A stretch of DNA of 64,000 bases from Acidimicrobiia bacterium (GCA_965204615.1 OZ242000.1:3223913-3287912); one strand, 5' to 3'; shown: positions 24,782 through 34,188, counted from the first letter of the stretch. Notes: a model not told the origin generated them from the sequence alone. Made by a program: numbers and translations.

Positions 24782-25825
24782 ATGTTGGCCACAATGGTAG
24801 ATCATGTGATCGGGATCGATCCTGATCGTGACCGGGTCACCGCCTCGGTAGTGGACACGTCCACTACCGGAGAACAGGCATCTGCGGTGTTCGCTACTAC
24901 CCGGGTGGGGTATGACCGGCTGTTGGAATGGGCCAATCGGTATACCACCGTCTCTGATCGGGTGTGGTCGGTGGAAGGCACGGGCAGTTACGGAGCAGGC
25001 GCAACAGCCTATCTCACTTCGCGGGGTGAGTGGGTGACCGAGTTCAACGATCCCATCCCCACCCGCGACGGCGCCAAGACCGACGCTTTGGACGCCCGAC
25101 GCGCCGCCCGCCAGGCGCTGGGTCGCCGGTGGCCATCGGTCCCGCGGGCTCGTGGAGACCGAAAAGCCCTACGAGTGTTGGAAACGACCCGCAACAGCGC
25201 CAAAAACGACAAAATAGCGGCTATCCACCAACTCAAAGCTCTCCTGGTCACCGCACCAGTCGATCTTCGTGACCAACTCCGAGGGCTGACCACTGCTGCT
25301 CTGGTCACCAAATGCGCACGGTTCCGACTCGCATCGGCGCCGGTCACCGAACACACCGCCACCAAGCAGGCTATGCGTTCTCTGGCCCGACGCATACGCA
25401 CTCTCGCCACCGAAATCGCAGAACTGCGCACAGCAATCAACGAACTGGTCAACTCTGTGGCCCCCCAACTGTTGAACCAGCCCGGGGTAGGCCCGATCAC
25501 CGCCGCGCAGGTATACATCGCCTGGTCCCACAAAGGCCGATGCCGCAACGAAGCCGCGTTCGCTCGCCTCGCCGGCGTCGCACCCCTAGAAGCCTCCTCC
25601 GGGCTACACACCCGCCACCGGCTCAACCGGCACGGCGACCGGACCCTCAACCAGGCAATCCACACCATCGCTATCACCCGCTCCCGGGCCTGCCCCAAAA
25701 CCCGCGCCTACATCGCCAAACGCATCAGCCAAGGAAAAACCACCCGCGAAGCCCGCCGGTGTCTCAAACGCTACATCGCCCGCCAGCTCTACCGACTGCT
25801 CGAAAACCCACCCCCACCCGCCTAA
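24782..25825 (+). CDS. IS110-family transposase (second copy, divergent from the first)
   Basis: VIGIDPDRDRVTASVVDTST...WSVEGTGSYGAGATAYL. RBS AAGAAGGGAG lies upstream of the ATG at 24782. The ORF-track start at 24716 is probably too far upstream. Confidence 0.8.
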   Translation: MLATMVDHVIGIDPDRDRVTASVVDTSTTGEQASAVFATTRVGYDRLLEWANRYTTVSDRVWSVEGTGSYGAGATAYLTSRGEWVTEFNDPIPTRDGAKTDALDARRAARQALGRRWPSVPRARGDRKALRVLETTRNSAKNDKIAAIHQLKALLVTAPVDLRDQLRGLTTAALVTKCARFRLASAPVTEHTATKQAMRSLARRIRTLATEIAELRTAINELVNSVAPQLLNQPGVGPITAAQVYIAWSHKGRCRNEAAFARLAGVAPLEASSGLHTRHRLNRHGDRTLNQAIHTIAITRSRACPKTRAYIAKRISQGKTTREARRCLKRYIARQLYRLLENPPPPA

Positions 25826-26072
25826 CGGCCGAACCAGCTCTCCACCCCAAAAACACGATTTGGAGAACATAGAAGCATCACGATGAAATGGAGAAGCAAA
25901 GCTCCTATCAGGTCACATCCGCCTACGGGTCGGTGAAACATCCCTCAGCCGACAAACAGGCCGACAGATCGGCGGCAAGGCACAAAGCCAGGTTTAGCGT
26001 GGGTCAGACCCGCCCCGGCCAAGGGACCCCTACAAGTATGAGTGGTTTGGCGGATGGTTGGTGCGGACGAAG

Positions 26073-29000
26073 CTATGGTGAGGCGTCGCCGGGTTCGGTG
26101 ACGTCGATCACGATCACCGATATTTTGCGCTTTTCTTCGGGTTCGAGTTGGCTTTCGAGGCGTTGTCGTAATTCCTGGGGAGTGGTCGGTCGCCGGCCGG
26201 AGGGCGGGGGTGTGGTCCGATCGGCGCCGAACCACAGGACGAGGAAGACCCCGTATCCGGAGGTGGAGGGATCGGTTGTGTATCTGTTGATCAGTTGGTT
26301 GCGAAGGGCGCTCCACAGATTGCGGTGAGAGTTCTTCTTGATCTCGACCGGCACGTTGAATCCTTTGAAGGTCGCTCGGATGTCGGATCTCTTTGCTCCG
26401 GCATATCGGCCCTCCGGCGATACATCGATCCTGGAGGGAAGTCGGTGATTCAGGGCTTGGAGCAGGGCATCGCGGCAGGAGTCCTCCGGGTTGCTGTTGG
26501 TGGGGCGTCCGTAGGAGTCTTCGTTCCAGAATTGACGCCATAGGTTGGCGCTGTCTCCGCGAATGTGTTCGGAGATCGTTTCAAACTGATCGCAGAGCAG
26601 GGCGGCCAGGTCGGCCGGGTTCGCCGGTTCCTGATTGGTGAGGGTCCGTTGGACTTCTTCAACTCCCGGATGGTTGAAAGAGGCTTCGCGGTACACAGCC
26701 CTTTGGGCTTCCTGTGCCCACAGCAATTGATCTCGCCACCGTACGAGTTTGGAGTCTTCCACCAGATCCGCCAGTTCTCGGTGGGTTTCGGCATCCTCCA
26801 TGGAGCCCAGTTGCCTGATGATGTCACTTATGAGTTCGGAGGTGCCGATTTCGAGCGTGACCAGTCCCTCCGGCACCCGGGGCCGGTAGGAGGGCGCCAA
26901 AATGCGGACCAGGTTGGCCAGCATCTCTGCGTTCCACTCGCCGGATACCATCCGGCGGCGACCCGCATACCTGGGAGAGTTGCTCAGGAACTCGGCCAGA
27001 TGTCGGACGCGTCTCTCGTCGCCGCCAAGTACGTAATCCTTCAGTTGTTGCATGCGCGGTTCGGTGGACAACATGGCAGCCACTGTCATCCATCTGACCC
27101 GCTGACCGACATCGAGACTCTTCAAAGCCAGCCTTTCCTTGGCCATGACCAGGAGCGCCGCGTCATCGGGGCGGCTGAGCGCTTTCCCCAGAAGTTGGTC
27201 GAATTGTCGGGTTTGCTTCCTGGGTATCCGGGTGGGAAAGGCGTCAAGCAGCCTCAGTCTGGCCTCGTCCACCAGGCTGTCGTGGCCTGGAAGAAGGTCC
27301 AGTTCCTCGACCGTGGGTAGGTGTTCCTTACCGTTGCGCAGGTCCGCCACCGCGCATCGGTGCACAGTATCGAGCACCAGGTCCGGGTTCTGTCGGAACC
27401 ACATGTCACGGCACTCCCGAGTTTCCTCGCGGCCCAGGGGAAAGCAGTAATACAGTGTCAGGGCCTGTCGCATCCGGGCGGCCTCCAGTGCCAGGGCAGG
27501 TTCCGGGCCGGTCGCCAGAAAATGCATGCTTGCCTGAACGGGGTAGGCAAGGTATGGCATGCGTGATTGGGAGTGGAGCGAGAAGGTCTCATCCACTCCG
27601 GGAAGGTCATGGCGCCACAAAGCGCCCCGGAGGGCGGCCATGACGGCATCGGCAAGTTGTGGGTCTCCTCCGATGAAATCTCGGACCCGCTCGTAGGGCG
27701 TCCCCTGTTCAATGTTTCGAAACTGTCCGAAGTAAGCCAGTGCCAGGGTGTGAAGATTGGCGGGGGAGAAGGTGTTGTTCCGCAGTTCCGTTTCCTGCGA
27801 ACGAAGGAGACCGGCCCACTCCTCTCGCTGGCGTCTTTCTTCCATCCGTTGCTGCTCTCTGCGTTGGTCCTCCCGTTGTCGCCAATCCTCCTCGGGTGAT
27901 GGAGCCAAGGCGGTCTGACGCTGCCGGTGAAGCTCGTCGAGTTCCCCTGCCAGCCGCGCATGTCCGCGCAGTCGCTCGCGCATCATTTCAAGGGTCAGTC
28001 CTTCGCTGATGGAGGAGTATTCCAACGCGTGGTAGGCGTCTCTCAGGAGTATCCGTGAGGATGCCGGCCGTGTATCGGCCAGATTGACTGCCTGCTCAAG
28101 ATACCAGAGTCCCAGGTCGGCGGGAGGCCTGCTGTGGTACAGCACCTTTGCGAAAGATAGGGGATAGGACGCCGCGTCGCCGTCGGGATTGTCCGGTTCG
28201 AGCCACTTGAGGATGATCTCCTTTTGAAGTTGGGGTCTTGCTTCCAACCATGCTCGTATTTCGTCGGCATCTTCTTTGTCCGCGGGTCTCCACCTGATCC
28301 TGGAGTGATAAGTGGCGGTCAGCCAGTTGTAGAGACGGTCTGTTTCGATTTCATCTCCTATCGCATTCAAGGCGCGTGCCAGGAGTCGAGGCGGCAGTTC
28401 CTCGAATCTTGAGTCTTCCAGAGATCGAGCGATGTCGGCGGCGTCTTCGCACAGCGCATCAAGGAGTTCCGCCAACTGTTGGCCGGATGACTTGTCGAGG
28501 AGGGTGTGGTTCCAGAAGATCCAGAAACTGCCGAAAAGGTTCTTTCTGTTGCGGGGCGCCACATACCTCCAGACCCGGTGGGGAGAAACCTGGTCAGGAT
28601 AAAGGAATCTCAGCAGTGTTCCCCGCATCTGGTCACCGGGGTCGGCGAGCTCTGAGGCTTGGCTCTTTTCCAGTAGCCCTATGAGCTTCTGTGCCCGTGT
28701 TTCGGTGGGCGGGGCGATGTTGAGATAGGCGTCGAGAGCATCCTTTCTCACCCACGGGGACCTCCCCGCGTCGTCAACGATGGCATGGAGGCTCGGGACC
28801 AGGGTTGCCAGCGATTCCAGATCCCGGTCCGCGTGTTCCAGTATTCCGGCCAGGAACTTGACCATCCGGTCGGCCGCAGGGGTGGGTTCTCGACCATTGA
28901 GCAGGTCATCGATGATGGGGATCATGTCCCGGGAGACCAGGGAGCGGAAGGTCCAGGCCGCGTATTCGTTATGGACGGTTCGGGCGTCTGTCGGGCTGGG

Positions 29001-30224
29001 ACCTGACAGAGGCTCCTTTGTCGCGAATGAGGCCAAGGACCGGAGTAGGCGTGTCTTGTCGGTTTTGGTTATTCCGCTGATGTCCCCGTACAGCCCGACA
29101 CCCACCGGATCGGCGTCGATGAGCAGGCCACGGGCCTCCCGGGAATGTGTCGCCAGCCAAGCGGACAGACCGCGCAGCGGGGTAACCACCCGTCCGTCGC
29201 CGGGACTGCTCATCAGGGCCGTCACTCTTCGGGCCGGGAGTCCTTCTTCGATGAGCTCGGCCAGGTAGCGGCCCCCCAGGAACTCGGCCACCTGCCGGTG
29301 GACGGGACGGAATAACCCCTCTCCCGCGGCGGCGAACAGTTTGGTGGCCAATGCTCTCCTGAGACGCTCGGGTGCGATCTTCGTGCCCTCGCTGACCTGA
29401 TCCGAATCCATGAAGGACGGGCTGGTTCCTCGGAGGAACGAATATGCTTCGATGTCGGCCAGCAAAGCCAGCGCACACAGATAGCCGATGGCCGTCCTTA
29501 CCTCGGTGGGCGGCGCCGGGGCGGCAATCACATGCTCCGAATTCTGTTCGGCCGCCAACTCTCGGCAGGCCATTTCGAACGTTTCGCGCCTGCTTCGGGG
29601 CCAGCCTTCGCCTTTCCTGGTCGCGTCCACGACCAACTGCAGGGTCAGAGGATTCTTCAGGAGGGGCCAGATTCCCCGATGCCGCGACTCTTCCAGGAAC
29701 TCATCCACGTCCCCCGAGAGCGCTGATCTCAGAATCTCTTTCACCGACATCTCATCGAGGGGTTGCAAGTGGACGACGGTGACCTCTCCGTCCGCGGGGG
29801 CCACCAGAGCCAGTTTCTCACGGTCGTTGCTACCGAGCCAGTCCGCTTCCCGACAGGAGATGCGGAACCCCGGAGGGCGGAGCCTGTCCAGCCGTCGCCG
29901 GATTCTGTCCAAGGGAACGCGGGAGTCTCTCGCTCCCGCCCGCACCTCGTCCAGGCCGTCGATGAAGAGAATCTTTTCCCGCCACTCCGGATGCGAGTCG
30001 ATGTCAAAGTATATGAAATCGCGGGCGGGTATGTATGCGGCGCCGCTTCCCAGCGCTTGGCGCTCCTTCATGAACTCGGTTGTTTTGCCGGCGCCGGGAT
30101 CGCCGAGCAAAACCAGCGCGGGCCGTGACCGGAACGCACTGAACGGCATGCTTTCTCCACGGAAGGTTTCACCTCGACCGTCTAGGTGGACCTCGGTGCA
30201 AACTCGTCCAACCAAGGTGCTCAT
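26073..30224 (-). CDS. Large NACHT-like STAND NTPase (1383 aa) with long helical C-terminal region and putative C-terminal PD-(D/E)xK nuclease-like domain
   Basis: Walker A GDPGAGKT and Walker B ILFIDGLDEV (the hhhhDGhDE NACHT signature). Downstream RISCRE (sensor-1-like) and NPLTLQLV (GxP-like). About 900 aa of helical, charge-rich repeats. C-terminal ...SDIRATFKGFNVPVEIKK... fits a D...ExK motif. Start overlaps the upstream stop (ATGA). Confidence 0.7.
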   Translation of the reverse strand: MSTLVGRVCTEVHLDGRGETFRGESMPFSAFRSRPALVLLGDPGAGKTTEFMKERQALGSGAAYIPARDFIYFDIDSHPEWREKILFIDGLDEVRAGARDSRVPLDRIRRRLDRLRPPGFRISCREADWLGSNDREKLALVAPADGEVTVVHLQPLDEMSVKEILRSALSGDVDEFLEESRHRGIWPLLKNPLTLQLVVDATRKGEGWPRSRRETFEMACRELAAEQNSEHVIAAPAPPTEVRTAIGYLCALALLADIEAYSFLRGTSPSFMDSDQVSEGTKIAPERLRRALATKLFAAAGEGLFRPVHRQVAEFLGGRYLAELIEEGLPARRVTALMSSPGDGRVVTPLRGLSAWLATHSREARGLLIDADPVGVGLYGDISGITKTDKTRLLRSLASFATKEPLSGPSPTDARTVHNEYAAWTFRSLVSRDMIPIIDDLLNGREPTPAADRMVKFLAGILEHADRDLESLATLVPSLHAIVDDAGRSPWVRKDALDAYLNIAPPTETRAQKLIGLLEKSQASELADPGDQMRGTLLRFLYPDQVSPHRVWRYVAPRNRKNLFGSFWIFWNHTLLDKSSGQQLAELLDALCEDAADIARSLEDSRFEELPPRLLARALNAIGDEIETDRLYNWLTATYHSRIRWRPADKEDADEIRAWLEARPQLQKEIILKWLEPDNPDGDAASYPLSFAKVLYHSRPPADLGLWYLEQAVNLADTRPASSRILLRDAYHALEYSSISEGLTLEMMRERLRGHARLAGELDELHRQRQTALAPSPEEDWRQREDQRREQQRMEERRQREEWAGLLRSQETELRNNTFSPANLHTLALAYFGQFRNIEQGTPYERVRDFIGGDPQLADAVMAALRGALWRHDLPGVDETFSLHSQSRMPYLAYPVQASMHFLATGPEPALALEAARMRQALTLYYCFPLGREETRECRDMWFRQNPDLVLDTVHRCAVADLRNGKEHLPTVEELDLLPGHDSLVDEARLRLLDAFPTRIPRKQTRQFDQLLGKALSRPDDAALLVMAKERLALKSLDVGQRVRWMTVAAMLSTEPRMQQLKDYVLGGDERRVRHLAEFLSNSPRYAGRRRMVSGEWNAEMLANLVRILAPSYRPRVPEGLVTLEIGTSELISDIIRQLGSMEDAETHRELADLVEDSKLVRWRDQLLWAQEAQRAVYREASFNHPGVEEVQRTLTNQEPANPADLAALLCDQFETISEHIRGDSANLWRQFWNEDSYGRPTNSNPEDSCRDALLQALNHRLPSRIDVSPEGRYAGAKRSDIRATFKGFNVPVEIKKNSHRNLWSALRNQLINRYTTDPSTSGYGVFLVLWFGADRTTPPPSGRRPTTPQELRQRLESQLEPEEKRKISVIVIDVTEPGDASP

Positions 30225-31483
30225 GCCGGTTCCAGCCAGTAATCAGCAGGTGCTGCCAGGAACTCGTGGAGAGGGCGGCCACCGGATCCGACAACCACAG
30301 ACCCAAGAGGCCGGAAACGCCCCTCGATTTCGGCCAATCCCGAGAGCGCCAAGGGCCCCTTTCCGGTCTTCACCTCAATCCCCACCACGCGTGGTCCTCT
30401 TTGCAGGACGAAATCCACTTCATGACTCCCGGACCTCCAGTAATAGACCGAAGTGGACGGCCCGGCCGTATTGACCAGGTGAGCCCCTACGGCGCTCTCG
30501 ACCAGACGCCCCCAATACCTCCGGTCCGCACGCGCCTCTTCGAAGCCGTACCCCCACGCGGCAGTCATCAGAGCCGTGTTGAGCACGTTCAGCTTCGGTG
30601 TGGAAGCCTTGGCGGAAATCCGGCGAGTGGTGTATTTTGAGAGACCCGCCAACAGCCCCGCATCCGAGAGCAGCTTCAGATAGCGGGTAAGGGTCGTGGT
30701 GTTTCCGGCATCCTGAAGTTGACCCAGCATTTTGTTGTACGACAGCACCTGTCCCGAGTACAGACACCCTATGTCGAACAGGCGCTTCAAGAGCGACGGC
30801 TTGTGCACTCTGGTCATCGCCAGCACGTCACGCTCGATGATGGGTTCCACCAGAGCCCCCTGCACATAAGTCATCCACCTCTCCGGGTCGTGTGCCCGCG
30901 ATGCTGCCCCCGGGTAACCGCCGAAGTAGATGTACCGGTCCAAATCGAACCCGAAGGCCTCGGCCATTTCCAGATACGACCAATGTGTGAAACGGATCGG
31001 CTCGAACCGTCCCGCCAGGCTCTCATTCAAGCCCGCCTGCATCAACAGAGGAGCGGAACCCAGGACCACCACATGGAGGGGGCAACCGCTGGTCCGGTCG
31101 GCGTCCCATAGTCCCTTCACGACATCAGACCACCCTTCGATCCTCTGTATCTCGTCCAGGACCAGGACCAAACCGTCTTCCGACTGCCATGCCCGGTGAC
31201 GAGAGTCCTGCCACACACCCACCAGCCAGGACGCGTCTTTCACCACCGGCAACGAAGCGACAGCGTCGCTGCCCGTGGGCGGCCACGGTCTCGCCCTCTC
31301 CACTACGGGCTCATCCACCGCCACATATAGACTCGGACGGCCAACAGAGGACAAAGCCTGGCGAGCCGCAACAGTCTTGCCGGTCTGGCGCGGGCCGAAG
31401 ATAGCCAACAGCCGCTCGGGCGGCTCGGCCAGCCTCTCAATCAGAGTCCCTACCTGTGAACGGCGGAAATCACTCATCCCCAC
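30221..31483 (-). CDS. AAA+ ATPase, COG1373-like (AAA_14 plus DUF4143-like C-terminal domain)
   Basis: Walker A GPRQTGKT and Walker B LVLDEIQ. C-terminal SGSHEVDFVL...GIEVKTGK resembles the DUF4143 / PD-(D/E)xK-like module. Translationally coupled to the NACHT gene. Confidence 0.7.
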   Translation of the reverse strand: MGMSDFRRSQVGTLIERLAEPPERLLAIFGPRQTGKTVAARQALSSVGRPSLYVAVDEPVVERARPWPPTGSDAVASLPVVKDASWLVGVWQDSRHRAWQSEDGLVLVLDEIQRIEGWSDVVKGLWDADRTSGCPLHVVVLGSAPLLMQAGLNESLAGRFEPIRFTHWSYLEMAEAFGFDLDRYIYFGGYPGAASRAHDPERWMTYVQGALVEPIIERDVLAMTRVHKPSLLKRLFDIGCLYSGQVLSYNKMLGQLQDAGNTTTLTRYLKLLSDAGLLAGLSKYTTRRISAKASTPKLNVLNTALMTAAWGYGFEEARADRRYWGRLVESAVGAHLVNTAGPSTSVYYWRSGSHEVDFVLQRGPRVVGIEVKTGKGPLALSGLAEIEGRFRPLGSVVVGSGGRPLHEFLAAPADYWLEPA

Positions 31484-31506
31484 CAGGATACAAGAATCCA
31501 GGTGTA

Positions 31507-31545
31507 GTTATTGAGTGATTTTACTCAATAACTACACACGCCACC
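31507..31545. terminator. AT-rich perfect palindrome (15-bp arms, 6-nt loop) between qor and the ATPase gene; possible terminator or recombination site
   Basis: GTGTAGTTATTGAGT-GATTTT-ACTCAATAACTACAC. Strongly AT-rich in a ~65% GC context. Lies 45 bp downstream of the qor stop. No U-tract. Confidence 0.4.
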
Positions 31546-31590
31546 TACGAAGATTCAACAGAAAAGACCGACGGGTTGCCGGGCAGATCT

Positions 31591-32565
31591 CTAGGGAACC
31601 AGGCAGACCCTTCCCAGCACCTGGCGGTCTGCCAGGTAGGCCATGGCTGCGGGGGCCTGGTCGAAGGAGAAGACCCGGTCCACGTGGGGGTGGATGAGGC
31701 CCTGTTCGCACCACTCTTTGAGCTGGACTAGATTGGCGCGGTTTTCCCTGGGGTAGCGTTCCACGAAGTCTCCCCAGAACACTCCCACCGCCGAGGCCGA
31801 CTTGAGGAGGGCCAGGTTGAGCGGCAGGCGGGGGATCTTGCCGGCCGCAAAGCCCACCACCAGCAGGCGTCCGTTCCAACGGAGTGAGCGGAAGCACGTT
31901 TCAGTGGCGGAACCGCCCACGGGATCGTAGACCACGTCGGCGCCCTTTCCGTCGGTGAAACTGCGGATCGCCTCCCGTAGGTCATCGCGGTCGTAGCGGA
32001 TGGCGACATCCGCCCCGCGTTGCAGAACGAACTCCGCCTTCCTCTCCGAGGACACCGCCGCCGCCACCCGGCATCCCAGTAGCTTGGCAATTTCGACCGC
32101 GGCGATTCCCACTCCACCGGCCGCGCCCAGCACCACCACCGTCTCTCCTTCGGACACCGCGGCCCGGTCGACCAGGGCATGGTAGGAGGTTCCGTAGGCG
32201 GTCATGAAGGACGCCGCCTCGATGTCGGTCAGGTTGTCGGGCGCCGGTGCGGTCCGGGAGACGTCGGTCACCACCGTTTCGGCGAAACAACCCACCCCGG
32301 CGAACATCACCACCCGGTCTCCCACCGACACCGAGTCCACCCCGGGTCCCACCTCGGTGACCGTGCCGGCTCCCTCGAAGCCGGGAATGAAGGGGAGGTC
32401 CGGCTTCACCTGGTAGTGCCCCGACACCACCAGGATGTCGGCGAAGTTGACTCCCGACCCTCCCAGGGCGATCTTGACCTGCCCGGGTCCGGGCGTCGGT
32501 TCGGGGACCTCGGTGGCCACCAGACCGGCCGGTCCCTTCCAATCTGTGCACAGAACGGCTTTCAC
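31591..32565 (-). CDS. qor: NADPH:quinone oxidoreductase / zinc-type alcohol dehydrogenase-like (MDR family), intact copy
   Basis: 324 aa. GGSGVNFADILVVSGHY...LGAAGGVGIAAVEIAKLLG (Rossmann GxGxxG). Its 3' third is the sequence repeated at 13.3, 15.4 and 20.9 kb. Confidence 0.8.
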   Translation of the reverse strand: MKAVLCTDWKGPAGLVATEVPEPTPGPGQVKIALGGSGVNFADILVVSGHYQVKPDLPFIPGFEGAGTVTEVGPGVDSVSVGDRVVMFAGVGCFAETVVTDVSRTAPAPDNLTDIEAASFMTAYGTSYHALVDRAAVSEGETVVVLGAAGGVGIAAVEIAKLLGCRVAAAVSSERKAEFVLQRGADVAIRYDRDDLREAIRSFTDGKGADVVYDPVGGSATETCFRSLRWNGRLLVVGFAAGKIPRLPLNLALLKSASAVGVFWGDFVERYPRENRANLVQLKEWCEQGLIHPHVDRVFSFDQAPAAMAYLADRQVLGRVCLVP

Positions 32566-32593
32566 GGGCTTTTAGGTTAGGGACTTGCATCGC

Positions 32594-33214
32594 TTAGTTG
32601 ACGACAATGCCGCCAACTAGTGATACTGTTCCGCGATGTCCGCTCGCGCCGCTCCGCCAAGAGGCGGTGTGGGTCTTACAACGGAAGTTTGTATGGCGCA
32701 TCGCATCGGGAAGAGCCCCTCCCGACCCCGGGAAACCCCGGGCGCCTATGTTTCGAGCGGCGTTCACATCCCGGTCCAACTCCAATCCGCAACGCTGACA
32801 GGAAAACACCCTGAGGCGTAGAGGCATTTCTGTCTGTGCCCGCAGATGGAGCAGTCGGTGGATGTGGACTTTGGGTTGGCCCTCTCATACCGGACACCAG
32901 CTTTCCAGGCTTTGTATTCCAGTATCTTGTCGAGGGCCGACCACCACTGGTCGGATAGCTTTCTTGAGTATCTCTTTGCCCTGGGACTGGGACAACCCAT
33001 CCGGGAACTTCTCCCTCTCAGGGTTGTGATGCTCTTTCCACCACGCGTAAGTGCCCTTCCAGGACTCCAGGGCGGCGTTGTACAACTCCGAGCACATCCC
33101 GAATATCACGGTCAGACGGCGATGCTGCGACGCCGAACACTTGGCCGGGAGGCGGAAGGTCTGCACCATCTGGGACAAATAGAGAAGATGCGAGGGAGGT
33201 GTGACAGGCATCAA
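32594..33214 (-). pseudogene. tnpB: Decayed IS605/IS1341-type tnpB (OrfB) remnant in three frame-disrupted pieces
   Basis: Fragments carry TnpB-like features: ...RRLTVIFGMCSELYNAALESWKGTY...; ...KAWKAGVRYERANPKSTSTDCSICGH...; and the C-terminal zinc ribbon CQRCGLELDRDVNAARNI. Total length is far shorter than an intact ~400-aa TnpB. Confidence 0.5.
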
Positions 33215-33318
33215 CCAACTGCAGGTAACCTGACGGGAAAGATCCGGCTCCCATCGGTGATCTCCGTAACGCCGAGGGGCACCCTGCGTCTTGCAACATA
33301 GAGCGGGTTGGAAGGAAC

Positions 33319-34188
33319 ATGGACAGACCGGACTTTTCCGGACGAGTTCTCCGAGCTATAGCCAAAGAATATCGGGACGAGATGGGTCCCGCTCGTGCCG
33401 AGCAATTGGCTTCGCGGGCGATAGCCCGGGCGGGGGAACGCTCCCGAAGGTATCAGCGGATAGGAGTGCTGGCGTCCGGTGCGGCCCTGGCCGCCTCCCT
33501 GGTGGTGGCGGGAGTGGCGGTGTTGACCGGCGGTTCGGATTCGCTGGCTCCGCCGGACCCCGAGTCCACCCCGGTGGCGTCCGGTTCGGTCTCAGGCGAT
33601 GGGGTGAACGTTCCGACCCTGACCAGGGAGGGGCTGATGGAGGCTCTCGATCTGATCGACCAGCAGAGGGAGTTGGAAGCCGCCGAGATGGTGGTGGCGG
33701 CTCTCTCCTACATCGAAGAGTCGGTTGCGAGCGCCGACGTGGTCCCGTCGGAAGCCATCATCGAGGCATTGTCGCCACCCGATCCACCCCCTGAGGGAGC
33801 GCAGACCCCCACCACCTCCCCCTCGGCATCGCAAAGCGCCTCACCTGAGGAGGACATATACGCCTACGGTCCTCAGCCGTCGGGACAGGAGGAGGCTTCC
33901 AACGGCCCGGTGTACGAGACGCCCGAGTCCCACCCCGGGGAGGAGGTGGCCGAGGCCACGCTCCGGGATGTGGCGGCGGATCCCGCGGCCATCGGAGAAC
34001 TCGGGCAGATGCTGAAGCTCGAGGTGGAGGAATTGCTGGGTGTGCTCGATGTCTCCGATTCGGATCCGGACGCCATCAACGACGCGGTCGAGGAAGTGGA
34101 GAAGGCCGTGGCGCCGATCCTGGAATATCATTCCCAGGACGAACCGACGATTCTCATCCCCACCGGCGGTGATGAAGAACAAGAATGA
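33319..34188 (+). CDS. Single-pass membrane protein with acidic, Pro/Glu-rich extracytoplasmic region (possible anti-sigma-like partner)
   Basis: TM helix IGVLASGAALAASLVVAGVAVL. Low-complexity acidic C-terminus. Located directly upstream of the ECF sigma gene. Confidence 0.4.
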   Translation: MDRPDFSGRVLRAIAKEYRDEMGPARAEQLASRAIARAGERSRRYQRIGVLASGAALAASLVVAGVAVLTGGSDSLAPPDPESTPVASGSVSGDGVNVPTLTREGLMEALDLIDQQRELEAAEMVVAALSYIEESVASADVVPSEAIIEALSPPDPPPEGAQTPTTSPSASQSASPEEDIYAYGPQPSGQEEASNGPVYETPESHPGEEVAEATLRDVAADPAAIGELGQMLKLEVEELLGVLDVSDSDPDAINDAVEEVEKAVAPILEYHSQDEPTILIPTGGDEEQE

